A stretch of DNA of 64,000 nucleotides from Abditibacteriaceae bacterium (lineage in GTDB: Bacteria > Armatimonadota > Abditibacteriia > Abditibacteriales > Abditibacteriaceae). The notes beneath the pieces are model-generated. The model searched no databases, was not told the DNA's origin, and worked only from the letters and a program-made list of their open reading frames with translations. The translations under genes and the position numbers were made by a program. The stretch is taken from the NCBI GenBank assembly GCA_965277285.1, contig OZ255721.1, forward strand, positions 3,136,001-3,200,000, in the 5' to 3' direction. The stretch's first letter is position 1. Each line of letters opens with the position of its first letter. Shown here piece by piece: positions 1 through 8,509 of this stretch.

Positions 1-1
1 C

Positions 2-1453
2 GCCGCCGGTGAAGTCGTGCGCTTCGCTGTGCGTCGGGGTGACGTGAAAGAAGGTCGCTTTGATACAGCCTTTCGTTTATCAGAACGATCTGAGAAAGGA
101 CAAAGCAAGTATAAAACGACTCCACTCAATAAACTTGTCAACTTTTACAGCGGTGGAACGCCATCGAAGGCGCGCGGTGATTTCTGGGATGGCGATATTC
201 CTTGGGTTAGTCCAAAAGATTTTGGCCGACATACTATTTACGACAGCGAAGATCATATTTCGTCTGCTGGCCTTCTTGACGCGAGCTTGCACATAATTCC
301 AGAGAATAGTTTATTGATGGTCGTCCGTAGCGGCGTTCTTAAACATTCATTGCCTGTTGCTGTGACAGGGAGGAATGTGACAATCAATCAAGACTTGAAA
401 GCCATGATTCCTCTTGGCGAAGTTTTAGCCAGGTATTTAGCTGATTACTTCGTTGTGTTTGGTAAGCAAGTTCTGCCTGCAATCTCAAAGCACAGCACAA
501 CTGTCCAGAGTTTGAACACGCCGCAGCTCGAATCGCTTCCAATTCCGCTTCCGCCACTTGAAACACAACAAGTACTCGTAAACGAATTGGAAGCCGCACG
601 TAGTTCGCGGCGCGACAAATTGGCGCAAGCCGACGCGTTACTTTCGGGTTTGGACGGCTGGCTGCTCGATCAATTAGGCTTGCAACCGCCGCAGGAAGAT
701 AAACGCGCGTGCTTTGCGGTGCGCTTGGGCGACGTGCGTTCGCGCTTCGACGCCGATTTCCATTCGCCGCGCTTTCAATCGTTGCGCGCTTCAATTGAAG
801 ACAGCGGCTTTGAGATTGTCAGCGTCAAAGAAGTCGCGGTTTATATAAAAAGCGGTTTTGCATCGGGACGCGACGATCAGGCGGACGATGCAGAAAGCGG
901 CGTGCCGCATATCCGCCCAATGAACATCACGCCACAGGGCGAATTTTCACTGGCAAATGCCAAGTTCGTTCCGCATAGTGCTGTTAGTGCTGGTGATTGG
1001 CTTCAAAAAGGCGAAGTCATTTTTAACAATACGAACTCGACAGCTTGGGTTGGTAAAACAGGAGTTTTTGCGGGTGAAACCGAATGTGCGTGTTCCAATC
1101 ACATGACACGCATTCAATTCAACCAAAAAGTGGTGCCTGATTTCGTTGCGCCCTTGTTCAACGCCTTGCGCTCGACAGGTTTATTCGGTTTGATGTCAAC
1201 GAACTTCAATAATCAAGCTGGCATCAATTCAACAACGCTGGAAATGTTCCGTTTTCCATTGCCACAACTTCCTACTCAACAAACCATTGCCGATGAAGTG
1301 CGTTCGCGGCGTGAGACTGCGCGGCGTTTGCGCGATGAAGCGAACGCCGAGTGGAGCGCGGCCAAAGCGCGTTTCGAGAGGCAACTGTTGGGCGAAACGA
1401 AAGATCGAGTACTCGATGTTGCACAAAATGTCGACCAAGGTGGTGACGCATGA
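2..1453 (+). CDS. hsdS: Type I restriction-modification specificity subunit (5' end probably outside the window)
   Basis: TRD motifs GGTPSK..FWDGDIPWVSPKD, INQDLKA and IPLPPLETQQ, a second TRD ending FPLPQLPTQQTIAD, and coiled-coil spacers. FAVRxGDV..RFD is repeated internally. The frame is open back to the window edge. Confidence 0.85.
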   Translation, partial: AAGEVVRFAVRRGDVKEGRFDTAFRLSERSEKGQSKYKTTPLNKLVNFYSGGTPSKARGDFWDGDIPWVSPKDFGRHTIYDSEDHISSAGLLDASLHIIPENSLLMVVRSGVLKHSLPVAVTGRNVTINQDLKAMIPLGEVLARYLADYFVVFGKQVLPAISKHSTTVQSLNTPQLESLPIPLPPLETQQVLVNELEAARSSRRDKLAQADALLSGLDGWLLDQLGLQPPQEDKRACFAVRLGDVRSRFDADFHSPRFQSLRASIEDSGFEIVSVKEVAVYIKSGFASGRDDQADDAESGVPHIRPMNITPQGEFSLANAKFVPHSAVSAGDWLQKGEVIFNNTNSTAWVGKTGVFAGETECACSNHMTRIQFNQKVVPDFVAPLFNALRSTGLFGLMSTNFNNQAGINSTTLEMFRFPLPQLPTQQTIADEVRSRRETARRLRDEANAEWSAAKARFERQLLGETKDRVLDVAQNVDQGGDA

Positions 1454-2244
1454 GCTTGCGCGCATTGCTCCGCGACATCTGCACGGGCGTCGAAATTTAT
1501 TACACGGGACGCACGGAAGAAGAATATCTTAAAGCGGCTTTTGTGTTGTGCGACGACTACACGGAACTCACATCGAAATTGTGGTTGTTGAAAGATAATC
1601 CAAAATGGAAAGACACTCACGAAAAAGAAGCAAAAAAGTTGTTGGATGCCCGCAAGAACGTTGTGGCAATGGCCAAAGGTGAAGGAACGGCAACGCCGGA
1701 AGAATTCGCTTTGGTAGAACAAGGCGGTCGCATAGACCGCTTCAAGGCTTATGATGAAGTTTTGAATGATGTGCGCGCGGCCATTGAAAAAAAGCGCGCA
1801 AAAGAAGTCAGCGCGATAGACAAACTCCAACGTTCAATGAAAGAACGCCGTGAAAGGCGCAATGGCTTTTTTCATTCGGCCAAGCTGCTTTCGTTGACCG
1901 TTGGCAAAACCGAGTGCGTTGAGGCATTTTGCGATTTACTACAATATGGCCGCCTGCTTTTTGGCACTGCTTGGGACGAAGAACTCGCTGGAGCGCGCAA
2001 TCTTCGCACCATGGAGATTCTGCTACGATTGGAAAAGAAGGCCGCTTCAACTCCAGTTTTGCGTGAACGCATAACCAAAGTTCTCAGCGAATGGCCTGCG
2101 AACACAAAAGGCCGCCTTCCAAGCAAAGGCGTCTTAGTTGCGCGCCATCCAGATGACTTGCACTTGCGTTTGTGCTTAATTCATGGCGATAGCGAACTAC
2201 GCAACAAACTACAAGCCTTGCTGAATACCGTCGAAAACCCTTAA
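1450..2244 (+). CDS. Hypothetical protein with putative HEPN (RxxxxH) motif
   Basis: 264-aa helical ORF with an ATGA overlap on the hsdS stop. Contains RERRNGFFH and an N-terminal AFVLCDDYTELTSK helix. Confidence 0.6.
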   Translation: MSLRALLRDICTGVEIYYTGRTEEEYLKAAFVLCDDYTELTSKLWLLKDNPKWKDTHEKEAKKLLDARKNVVAMAKGEGTATPEEFALVEQGGRIDRFKAYDEVLNDVRAAIEKKRAKEVSAIDKLQRSMKERRERRNGFFHSAKLLSLTVGKTECVEAFCDLLQYGRLLFGTAWDEELAGARNLRTMEILLRLEKKAASTPVLRERITKVLSEWPANTKGRLPSKGVLVARHPDDLHLRLCLIHGDSELRNKLQALLNTVENP

Positions 2245-2319
2245 TCCGCCTTCAACAGCGTGAGCAGGCCGCAAAAGCAAGCCAGAGCAAGGTGGCTGAT
2301 CCGTGATACAAACGCAGAC

Positions 2320-2877
2320 TCATTGGTTTTTCGGTTTCCAATTTTTGGCCGCGTCGCGCACCAATTGCATCGCGCGTTCGGCGTCTTCAATGCCTGTCAG
2401 TTCGATGCGGTTGCCTTCAAAAACCTGATAATCGTGAAGAAAACCTTCGATTTCGCGCGGAATACGCGACGGCAAATCGTTCAGCGAATGTACTTCGTCC
2501 CAGCGCGAACCGGCGCCTGGAAGCGAAATCGGGCATGCCAGAACGCGGTCGTTTTGCACGCCGTTTTTCTTCAAACCGATCACTCCGAGTACTCGAACGC
2601 GCACCAGGCAGCCAGGAAAACACGGTTCGTCAATCAATAGCGCGACATCAATGGCGTCGCCGTCGTCGGCCAGAGTTTGCGGCACGAAACCGAAATCGCA
2701 CGGCCATTTCAGATCGGAACGCAAAGTGCGGCGCAGTTCGATGACGCCAAATTCTTCTTTATAGGCGAACTTGTTGCCCGTTCCGCGCGGCGTCTCGACA
2801 ATCATGTGAACGGCGTTTGGTTCGGCGGAATCTTTGGTGTAAAACGGTGGAATGTGATCGAAGGAAAGTGGGTTCAT
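2320..2877 (-). CDS. ppa: Soluble inorganic pyrophosphatase, family I
   Basis: Motifs VETPRGTGNKF, DFGFVPQTLADDGDAIDV and NDRVLA. Confidence 0.9.
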   Translation of the reverse strand: MNPLSFDHIPPFYTKDSAEPNAVHMIVETPRGTGNKFAYKEEFGVIELRRTLRSDLKWPCDFGFVPQTLADDGDAIDVALLIDEPCFPGCLVRVRVLGVIGLKKNGVQNDRVLACPISLPGAGSRWDEVHSLNDLPSRIPREIEGFLHDYQVFEGNRIELTGIEDAERAMQLVRDAAKNWKPKNQ

Positions 2878-3000
2878 AACGCGCGTAGTTTGGCGCGAAA
2901 TGGCGTGACTTCACAAGCCCGTTTTGCCCTCTTTGACATTGAAGTTATTGAATCGAGTACTCGAATTTTTGGTCACGGCTTCGTTGAGTAAGACGATTGA

Positions 3001-3083
3001 AAGAACCCAAAGCGCCAGCGACAAATGAAGCGTCAGAGTTTTATTCATCCATTATGTCCACCCATCGCAACGCTCGGGTTCTT
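3001..3083. repeat. Degenerate REP-doublet hairpin (family A, GAACCCGAAGCGTCAGCG type)
   Basis: aagaacccaaagcgccagcga ... tcgcaacgctcgggttctt, related to the copies at 23688, 36267 and 54558. Confidence 0.55.
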
Positions 3084-3147
3084 CTCGGATAGGTTCAATC
3101 TCTCTCGCCACCTGGGCCACGACCAAATGCTTTTAGGCCACATTCTT

Positions 3148-4029
3148 TTAGGCCGCCGCGTAGTTCATGGGGTTTTCGATAGGAGTATTTTTCGCTAAAA
3201 CGACGCAGTTGCGGCCTGCGCGCTTGGCGTCATACAAGGCGATGTCGGCGCGTTTGATAGTTTCATCCAAACTTGTGCCGCTTATGTGCTCGGCCACGCC
3301 GATGCTGACTGAAAGCGGCAAGTTATCCGGTAAATCGCTGGAAACGAGTGTGGCCACTGCGCCACAAATGCGATTAGCGCTCGCCAAAGCTTCCTCGCCG
3401 TCGGTATCGGAGAGCAGAAGCAGAAACTCTTCGCCGCCCCAGCGCGCGCAATCGTCTTCGCGCCGCAGCAAGGCCGAAAGGGTTCGAGCGACGCAAATTA
3501 AAGCGCGATCACCGGCTTCGTGGCCGTGATTGTCGTTGACGTTCTTGAAATGGTCGATGTCGATCATGGCGACGGATAACGGGAGATTGTGACGTAAGGC
3601 CAGTCCAATTTCACACTGCAAGCGTTCCAATATCGCGCGGCGATTGAGCAATCCTGTCAGCGAATCCTGCGCGGAAATCACTTTCAATTCTTCATTCAAG
3701 TCGCGCATCATTCCCTGATAATGATCGGAAATGCTCATCATGCGCTGCAACTGGCGCATCTGCTTGTCGTAACGTTGGCTCAGTGTTTGGTTTTTGTCGC
3801 GGACCGCTGCCTGATAACCATCGGAAATCGAAGTCAAACGCTCCAACTGCGTCACATGATTCTGGTAGCGCTTCACCAAAGCCGAAAGCGCCGAATGCAA
3901 CTCGTGGCCTTGATGTTGAGGATCGGCCAAAAGTTCGGCGATGTGCTGATCAAGAAAGTCGTCATTCATAAGGCTTGTCCTGGTTTGAACGTCCTGGTTT
4001 GAACACCGTTTTCTCACCTTTTCATTCAT
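3148..4029 (-). CDS. siaD: Diguanylate cyclase SiaD (GGEEF)
   Basis: DSLTGLLNRR, DIDHFKNVND and RWGGEEF. The N-terminus LLADPQHQGHELH resembles SiaD. Last gene of a siaABCD order. Start may be 3969. Confidence 0.88.
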   Translation of the reverse strand: MNEKVRKRCSNQDVQTRTSLMNDDFLDQHIAELLADPQHQGHELHSALSALVKRYQNHVTQLERLTSISDGYQAAVRDKNQTLSQRYDKQMRQLQRMMSISDHYQGMMRDLNEELKVISAQDSLTGLLNRRAILERLQCEIGLALRHNLPLSVAMIDIDHFKNVNDNHGHEAGDRALICVARTLSALLRREDDCARWGGEEFLLLLSDTDGEEALASANRICGAVATLVSSDLPDNLPLSVSIGVAEHISGTSLDETIKRADIALYDAKRAGRNCVVLAKNTPIENPMNYAAA

Positions 4030-4426
4030 CTAAAAAGGCGATTTCAAAAGGAAAGGTGCAATCTTCCTTGAATTCTTCGGCCAATTCCGCGATGCGCTCG
4101 TTGTCGCGGTCGTATAACCAGCGCACGCTCACGGCGCGGCCTTTATCGTGCGCGTCTTCGAGCATCTCGAAAATATCCATCATCACTTTGACGCTGCTCG
4201 TGTTCAAGTAAACCAAATTCAAATGGAGGCACAGCGGATCGTCCGAGACTTTCAAGTAAGCGGTCATCCATTGAATGATGGGCTTGAAAAATTCGAAAGA
4301 GTTTTCGGGATACGAATCGCCGCGCATCTCCAAAGTGCCCGCACGCGCATCAGTCGCCACAAAAGGTGTGGCTTGTGTTGCTTCCCAATGAATTTCTTCT
4401 AAAAAACTGTTCATCAAATGCAGCAT
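4022..4426 (-). CDS. siaC: SiaC phosphoprotein (DUF1987)
   Basis: GDSYPEN, YLNTSSVK (phospho-Thr motif) and AEEFKED. Confidence 0.9.
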   Translation of the reverse strand: MLHLMNSFLEEIHWEATQATPFVATDARAGTLEMRGDSYPENSFEFFKPIIQWMTAYLKVSDDPLCLHLNLVYLNTSSVKVMMDIFEMLEDAHDKGRAVSVRWLYDRDNERIAELAEEFKEDCTFPFEIAFLDE

Positions 4427-4431
4427 TCCTT

Positions 4432-4476
4432 TTGCGTGTTCGCCAATTGCGTGTTCGCCAATTGCGTGTTCGCCAA
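4432..4476. repeat. 15-bp tandem repeat x3 (TTGCGTGTTCGCCAA) abutting a palindrome copy
   Basis: Three perfect copies in the siaB-siaC spacer, running into ATCGAGTACTCGAT at 4476-4489. Confidence 0.9.
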
Positions 4477-4502
4477 TCGAGTACTCGATGTTCTTCGCAC
4501 CG

Positions 4503-5039
4503 CTAAATTACCACGCTCAAACTGAAAAAACAGCGCCCATCTTCATCTTCGCGCAGGGCGCACGAAACCGGCGCTGACGCCTTGCGCGCGATGTCGATCA
4601 AACCCAGTCCGGCACTTTGTGCTTCGCCGCGCGGCTGCCGCAATTGTTCTTTGTAGAGCGCTTTCAACTGCGCTTTGTCCAGCACGGCCAATTCTTGCAC
4701 GCGCTCTTGCAACTTTTGCCCGTCAACGGTTTCAACAATATTGCCCGCCGACACCACATAATGCCCGCTGCCATCGCGGCCAATGACGACCGTGGCCGAA
4801 GCGTCGCTTTCCGTATACTCGCGCTTTCCAGAATATTGACGGATATTTTGCGTCAGTTCGATGTAAACCGCAAAGACATCCATCGTCGCCGAAGTCGAAG
4901 CCGCTTCGCTTTGCATATAACGTTTCAAAGCGTTGCCGATTTCTTCGATCAGGCCTTGCGAAAACGGGCCGTTGAAACACAACAAAATCTGGTTCTGATT
5001 ATACGTTTTGCGCAACTCGTACAAGTCCGCATGATTCAT
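4503..5039 (-). CDS. siaB: SiaB protein kinase (GHKL-like)
   Basis: ILLCFNGPFSQGLIEEIGNAL, IELTQNIRQY and SAGLGLIDIARKAS. Confidence 0.9.
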   Translation of the reverse strand: MNHADLYELRKTYNQNQILLCFNGPFSQGLIEEIGNALKRYMQSEAASTSATMDVFAVYIELTQNIRQYSGKREYTESDASATVVIGRDGSGHYVVSAGNIVETVDGQKLQERVQELAVLDKAQLKALYKEQLRQPRGEAQSAGLGLIDIARKASAPVSCALREDEDGRCFFSLSVVI

Positions 5040-5042
5040 TGT

Positions 5043-7037
5043 TTATTCCTCGTCTTTGCTTGGAATCGGGCAAAAACCCAGCACCGTGATGTCGTCGCGT
5101 TGCGGGTTTTTGCCCTGATAAGTCGCCAGAGTTTTTTCGACTTCAGCTTTTTGTTCGCCCGACGATAACGGCGCGAGGTGCGTTAGCAGTTGCGTCCAAC
5201 GCGCATTGCCGAACCCCAAACCTTTGTCGCCGCCCGCTTGATCGAGCAAACCATCCGTCGTCAAGTAAAACGTATCGCCGTCGTCAACGGCCACTTTCGT
5301 TTGCGAAAATACCGGCGGACGCTTGGCCAACAAAACACTGCGATTTCCTTTGATTTCATCAACGTTTTGGCCATTGCTGCGAAAAAGCGAAATTTTGGCG
5401 CCGGCAAAAGTCAGCGTCCGTTCTTTGTTTGACACAAAAGCGAATCCGGCGTCCATATTGGTGGCGACATTCGACGCGGCATTCGAGTACTCGATGTGCG
5501 ATTGAAGCAATCCGCGCATTTGTTGATCCATGTGCGTCAACAGTTGCGCCGGATTTTCGACGCCGCATTTTGCAATCGCTGCATCCAGAGCGCTGTGCGC
5601 GATCATCGTCATAAAGGCGCCTGGAACACCATGTCCGGCGCAGTCGACAACGCCCAGCAAATAGCCATTTTCGGTGGGGCGGAACGCATAAAAATCGCCG
5701 CCCACGACATCGCGCGGACGCCAGCAGACGAACGCTTTTTCACCCAATTGTTGATTGAAAAGCGCGTCCGGCAAAATCGCGTTTTGAATCAGGCTGGCGT
5801 ATTGAATGCTGTCCTCGATTTTCTTGTGCGTTTGCGTCAGTTCGTGCGTTCGTTCGAGTACTCGATGTTCGAGTTCTTGCGTGTGCGTGCGCACCTGCGT
5901 CGCCATTTGGTCGAAGGCGCGCGTCAGTTCGCCCAGTTCGTCGTCACTGGCGCGCGGCAGCGAAATGTCGTAATTGCCCGCCGCAACCGTGCGCACCGAG
6001 CGCGTCAGCTTGATCACGGGCGCCAGCAAAAGCCGATTGACCGCAAGCGTAATCGCGCCCACGAGCAAGCTTAATAGCGCCAGGCTGCTCAGCAAAAGCG
6101 GCAGCCACAAGCTTCGATCCATCACGCGCGCCGCTTTCAAATCGACAGCGGTTAGCACATACCAATCGAGTTCGGGGATGTAGGAAACGGCGAGCAGTTG
6201 ATTTTGCCCGTTCAAATCGGCGCGCACCAATTGAATGCCTTCGGGATTTTCGAAAGCGTTCTGCAACGCCGCATTGAGGTGCGCCACGTCGTCAGGTTTG
6301 GAAAGCAGGCGAAAAATGCGGCTGTGTTGCGCGCCTTTGTCGTTGATCGAGGAAAAGTCGATCAAGCGGCGATCGGGATGCGCTTGAATATCGCCGCGAC
6401 GGTCGAGAACAATCGGCGTCACGCCCGTTTCGCTGCTGGCGATGAAACGCTTGAGAAAGCTGGTTAAATCCAGCCCGGTTCCAGCCAGTCCGATGTTGCG
6501 CGAACCGTTTTTGACCAGCACGTTGAACCAGACTTTGGTGACATGAAGTTTCACGTCCGGGTCAACGTTGATGTTGAAGGCGCGCGTGTCCTTCAACGTG
6601 TTGAAAAACCAGGCGTCGTGCGTCGTGTTTGCTTTGAGCGCATAGCGCGGCTGATCGCTCGACGCGGTGTGACTATCATTGAAATAATAATCGCGCGTCG
6701 CGCCCGAAATCACGAAGTAAGAATGATCGTCAAAGGCTTTTTGATAATGCGCGGCTTCGGCAAAGAACAAGGATTTCTTATCAGGATTTCTTTCATCGAG
6801 CAGCCAGCGGCGCGTGGTTTCCGAATTGGCCAGCTGTTGCGCGAGCGCCAGTTCGCGCAAAACCGGCGTCAAAATACGTTGTTTGTTCAAGCGCGTGACA
6901 TTGCGCGCATAAGCCGCGCCGAGGTTTTCCTCGATGCTGTTGAGCGCGCGCCAACCCGCGACAAGCGCCAAACCCAGCACCAACGCCATACACGTCACCA
7001 ACGCCAGCGCCGATTTCGCTCGTAAACCCATTCTCAT
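5043..7037 (-). CDS. siaA: SiaA membrane sensor with HAMP and PP2C/SpoIIE phosphatase domains
   Basis: Two TM helices, a periplasmic Cache-like region, HAMP (DELGELTRAF) and phosphatase motifs PRDVVGGDFY, DCAGHGVPGA, TDGLLDQ and QRDDIT. Confidence 0.9.
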   Translation of the reverse strand: MRMGLRAKSALALVTCMALVLGLALVAGWRALNSIEENLGAAYARNVTRLNKQRILTPVLRELALAQQLANSETTRRWLLDERNPDKKSLFFAEAAHYQKAFDDHSYFVISGATRDYYFNDSHTASSDQPRYALKANTTHDAWFFNTLKDTRAFNINVDPDVKLHVTKVWFNVLVKNGSRNIGLAGTGLDLTSFLKRFIASSETGVTPIVLDRRGDIQAHPDRRLIDFSSINDKGAQHSRIFRLLSKPDDVAHLNAALQNAFENPEGIQLVRADLNGQNQLLAVSYIPELDWYVLTAVDLKAARVMDRSLWLPLLLSSLALLSLLVGAITLAVNRLLLAPVIKLTRSVRTVAAGNYDISLPRASDDELGELTRAFDQMATQVRTHTQELEHRVLERTHELTQTHKKIEDSIQYASLIQNAILPDALFNQQLGEKAFVCWRPRDVVGGDFYAFRPTENGYLLGVVDCAGHGVPGAFMTMIAHSALDAAIAKCGVENPAQLLTHMDQQMRGLLQSHIEYSNAASNVATNMDAGFAFVSNKERTLTFAGAKISLFRSNGQNVDEIKGNRSVLLAKRPPVFSQTKVAVDDGDTFYLTTDGLLDQAGGDKGLGFGNARWTQLLTHLAPLSSGEQKAEVEKTLATYQGKNPQRDDITVLGFCPIPSKDEE

Positions 7038-7163
7038 AACAAACTCTCACTTGCACGGAATTTTCCACTGGAGAAAACGCTCGAAAAATGGACTTTCGAG
7101 TACTCGATAACGTATGTTGAGAAAATAGAATCAAATCCACGAAAATTTGTGCAAAGGAACACG

Positions 7164-7877
7164 ATGAGTATCAGTTTCGAGAAAGCGCGTCAACTGGCAG
7201 AAAAAGCATTTGACAAATCGTTTGGCGAGAATGAACTTGTCATTACAAGCATTGAGGCGTTTTCTTATGGCTGGGTCTTTTTCGCAAGCTTGCGCGAGGC
7301 TATAGATGAAGGTCATCCCAAATCTGGTTTTGACGGCCTCGGCCCATTTCTCGTGACCAACGGTGAAGTCGTATTTTTACCTTCAGTTTGCCCACCAGTC
7401 GTCTGGCTGCGTCGCTGGGAGATAGAACACAATCAAAAGTCGGATTTGGCTTCGCGGCCTGAAGCGCGGCGCTTCGCCGCCCAACAACTTCATCTTCTGC
7501 TCGCCAATGCTTTCTTCCGATTTCAAGCCGATGAGATTTGCATCGACATTGTGCAGAACGTGGAATCTATCGAATCAGATTTCCGTTCTTCTTATCGAAA
7601 AAGTGGCGGAGAATGGGTTTATGTGGAAGAGCAATACCTTTTCACCGCCTTGATGTTTGAACAGTTGAAGGAAATGGCAGAAGTCAAAGATTGCCCCGTT
7701 ATTGCAATTGACCACACTCAAACTGGACAATTCGACATTAAATTTTCGGGTTCTTCGGAGGCTTTCAAAAACTGCAAGGCAATTTTTACTCTACAAGCCC
7801 AGTTTGAACCTATCGAAAATGGAACACGCGCCACGCTTTTTGGTAAGTTGAAGTCTGTAGAAAAGCACGCTTTTTAA
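7164..7877 (+). CDS. Hypothetical protein: YrhB/Imm35-like N-terminus plus degenerate GspE/PilB N2-like C-terminus
   Basis: N-terminal YGWVFF...GLGPFLVTNGEV; C-terminal ADEICID..YRKSGG..LKEMA..QTGQF..PIENGTRATL. Recognised by eye. ATG at 7164 follows AAGGAA. Confidence 0.55.
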   Translation: MSISFEKARQLAEKAFDKSFGENELVITSIEAFSYGWVFFASLREAIDEGHPKSGFDGLGPFLVTNGEVVFLPSVCPPVVWLRRWEIEHNQKSDLASRPEARRFAAQQLHLLLANAFFRFQADEICIDIVQNVESIESDFRSSYRKSGGEWVYVEEQYLFTALMFEQLKEMAEVKDCPVIAIDHTQTGQFDIKFSGSSEAFKNCKAIFTLQAQFEPIENGTRATLFGKLKSVEKHAF

Positions 7878-8065
7878 TACGAAACGTCCGTCATCGAGTA
7901 CTCGATGGTGCGTGAGACATTTACGCGCCACAATGATGACGACAAAGTTGACTCGAGGAAAGACTATGAGTAGCGATAGTATTGATCCCGCCATTGATGT
8001 TTTAATTCCTCGGCTCAAAGCAGCTTCATCCTTGCTACAATTCTCTTTATCACAAAGGTTTAGAA

Positions 8066-8416
8066 ATGGCTCAATGGCATCTTGACGAATTGAAAAACCA
8101 TATCGAGCGGCGCGGCTGGCGTATTCTTGCTCAACAAGATGGAGATGAATATCGTATTTCCGCGACCTGGGTCATTCAACGCAGCACGCAGTTTGAACCT
8201 CTATTCGTTGATTTCAACGGTTTGGACGATCTGAAAACACTCCCTATCGAGCAAAGTTACGGGTGCGAAGTGCGCGAACACTCATCTGTGAGTTTGTATT
8301 TCAGTAAGAAAGGTCACAAAACCTCTTCACACCACGCAAACTGGCGTCAAGAGGTGTCTGACTTCGTGGCTCAACTCGATGCGTTAGAAGAAAATAGAAC
8401 ATCAGATCATTCTTGA
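8066..8416 (+). CDS. Hypothetical protein
   Basis: 116-aa ORF with an AAGGT RBS and a downstream hairpin. Confidence 0.7.
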   Translation: MAQWHLDELKNHIERRGWRILAQQDGDEYRISATWVIQRSTQFEPLFVDFNGLDDLKTLPIEQSYGCEVREHSSVSLYFSKKGHKTSSHHANWRQEVSDFVAQLDALEENRTSDHS

Positions 8417-8440
8417 ACAGCGACGGAAACATAACGCCAT

Positions 8441-8491
8441 AAACGAAAAGCGTCCACTATCGAGTACTCGATTAGCGGACGCTTTTCGTTT
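8441..8491. terminator. Bidirectional hairpin between convergent genes, centred on the iterated palindrome
   Basis: aaacgaaaagcgtccactATCGAGTACTCGATtagcggacgcttttcgttt. Confidence 0.75.
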
Positions 8492-8509
8492 GGAACACGA
8501 ACTTTTCCA

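Noticed and set aside
7095..8491. Integron cassette array
   Set aside because: No integrase is present and I found no attC-like RYYYAAC..GTTRRRY structures. The flanks are the iterated palindrome and a terminator.
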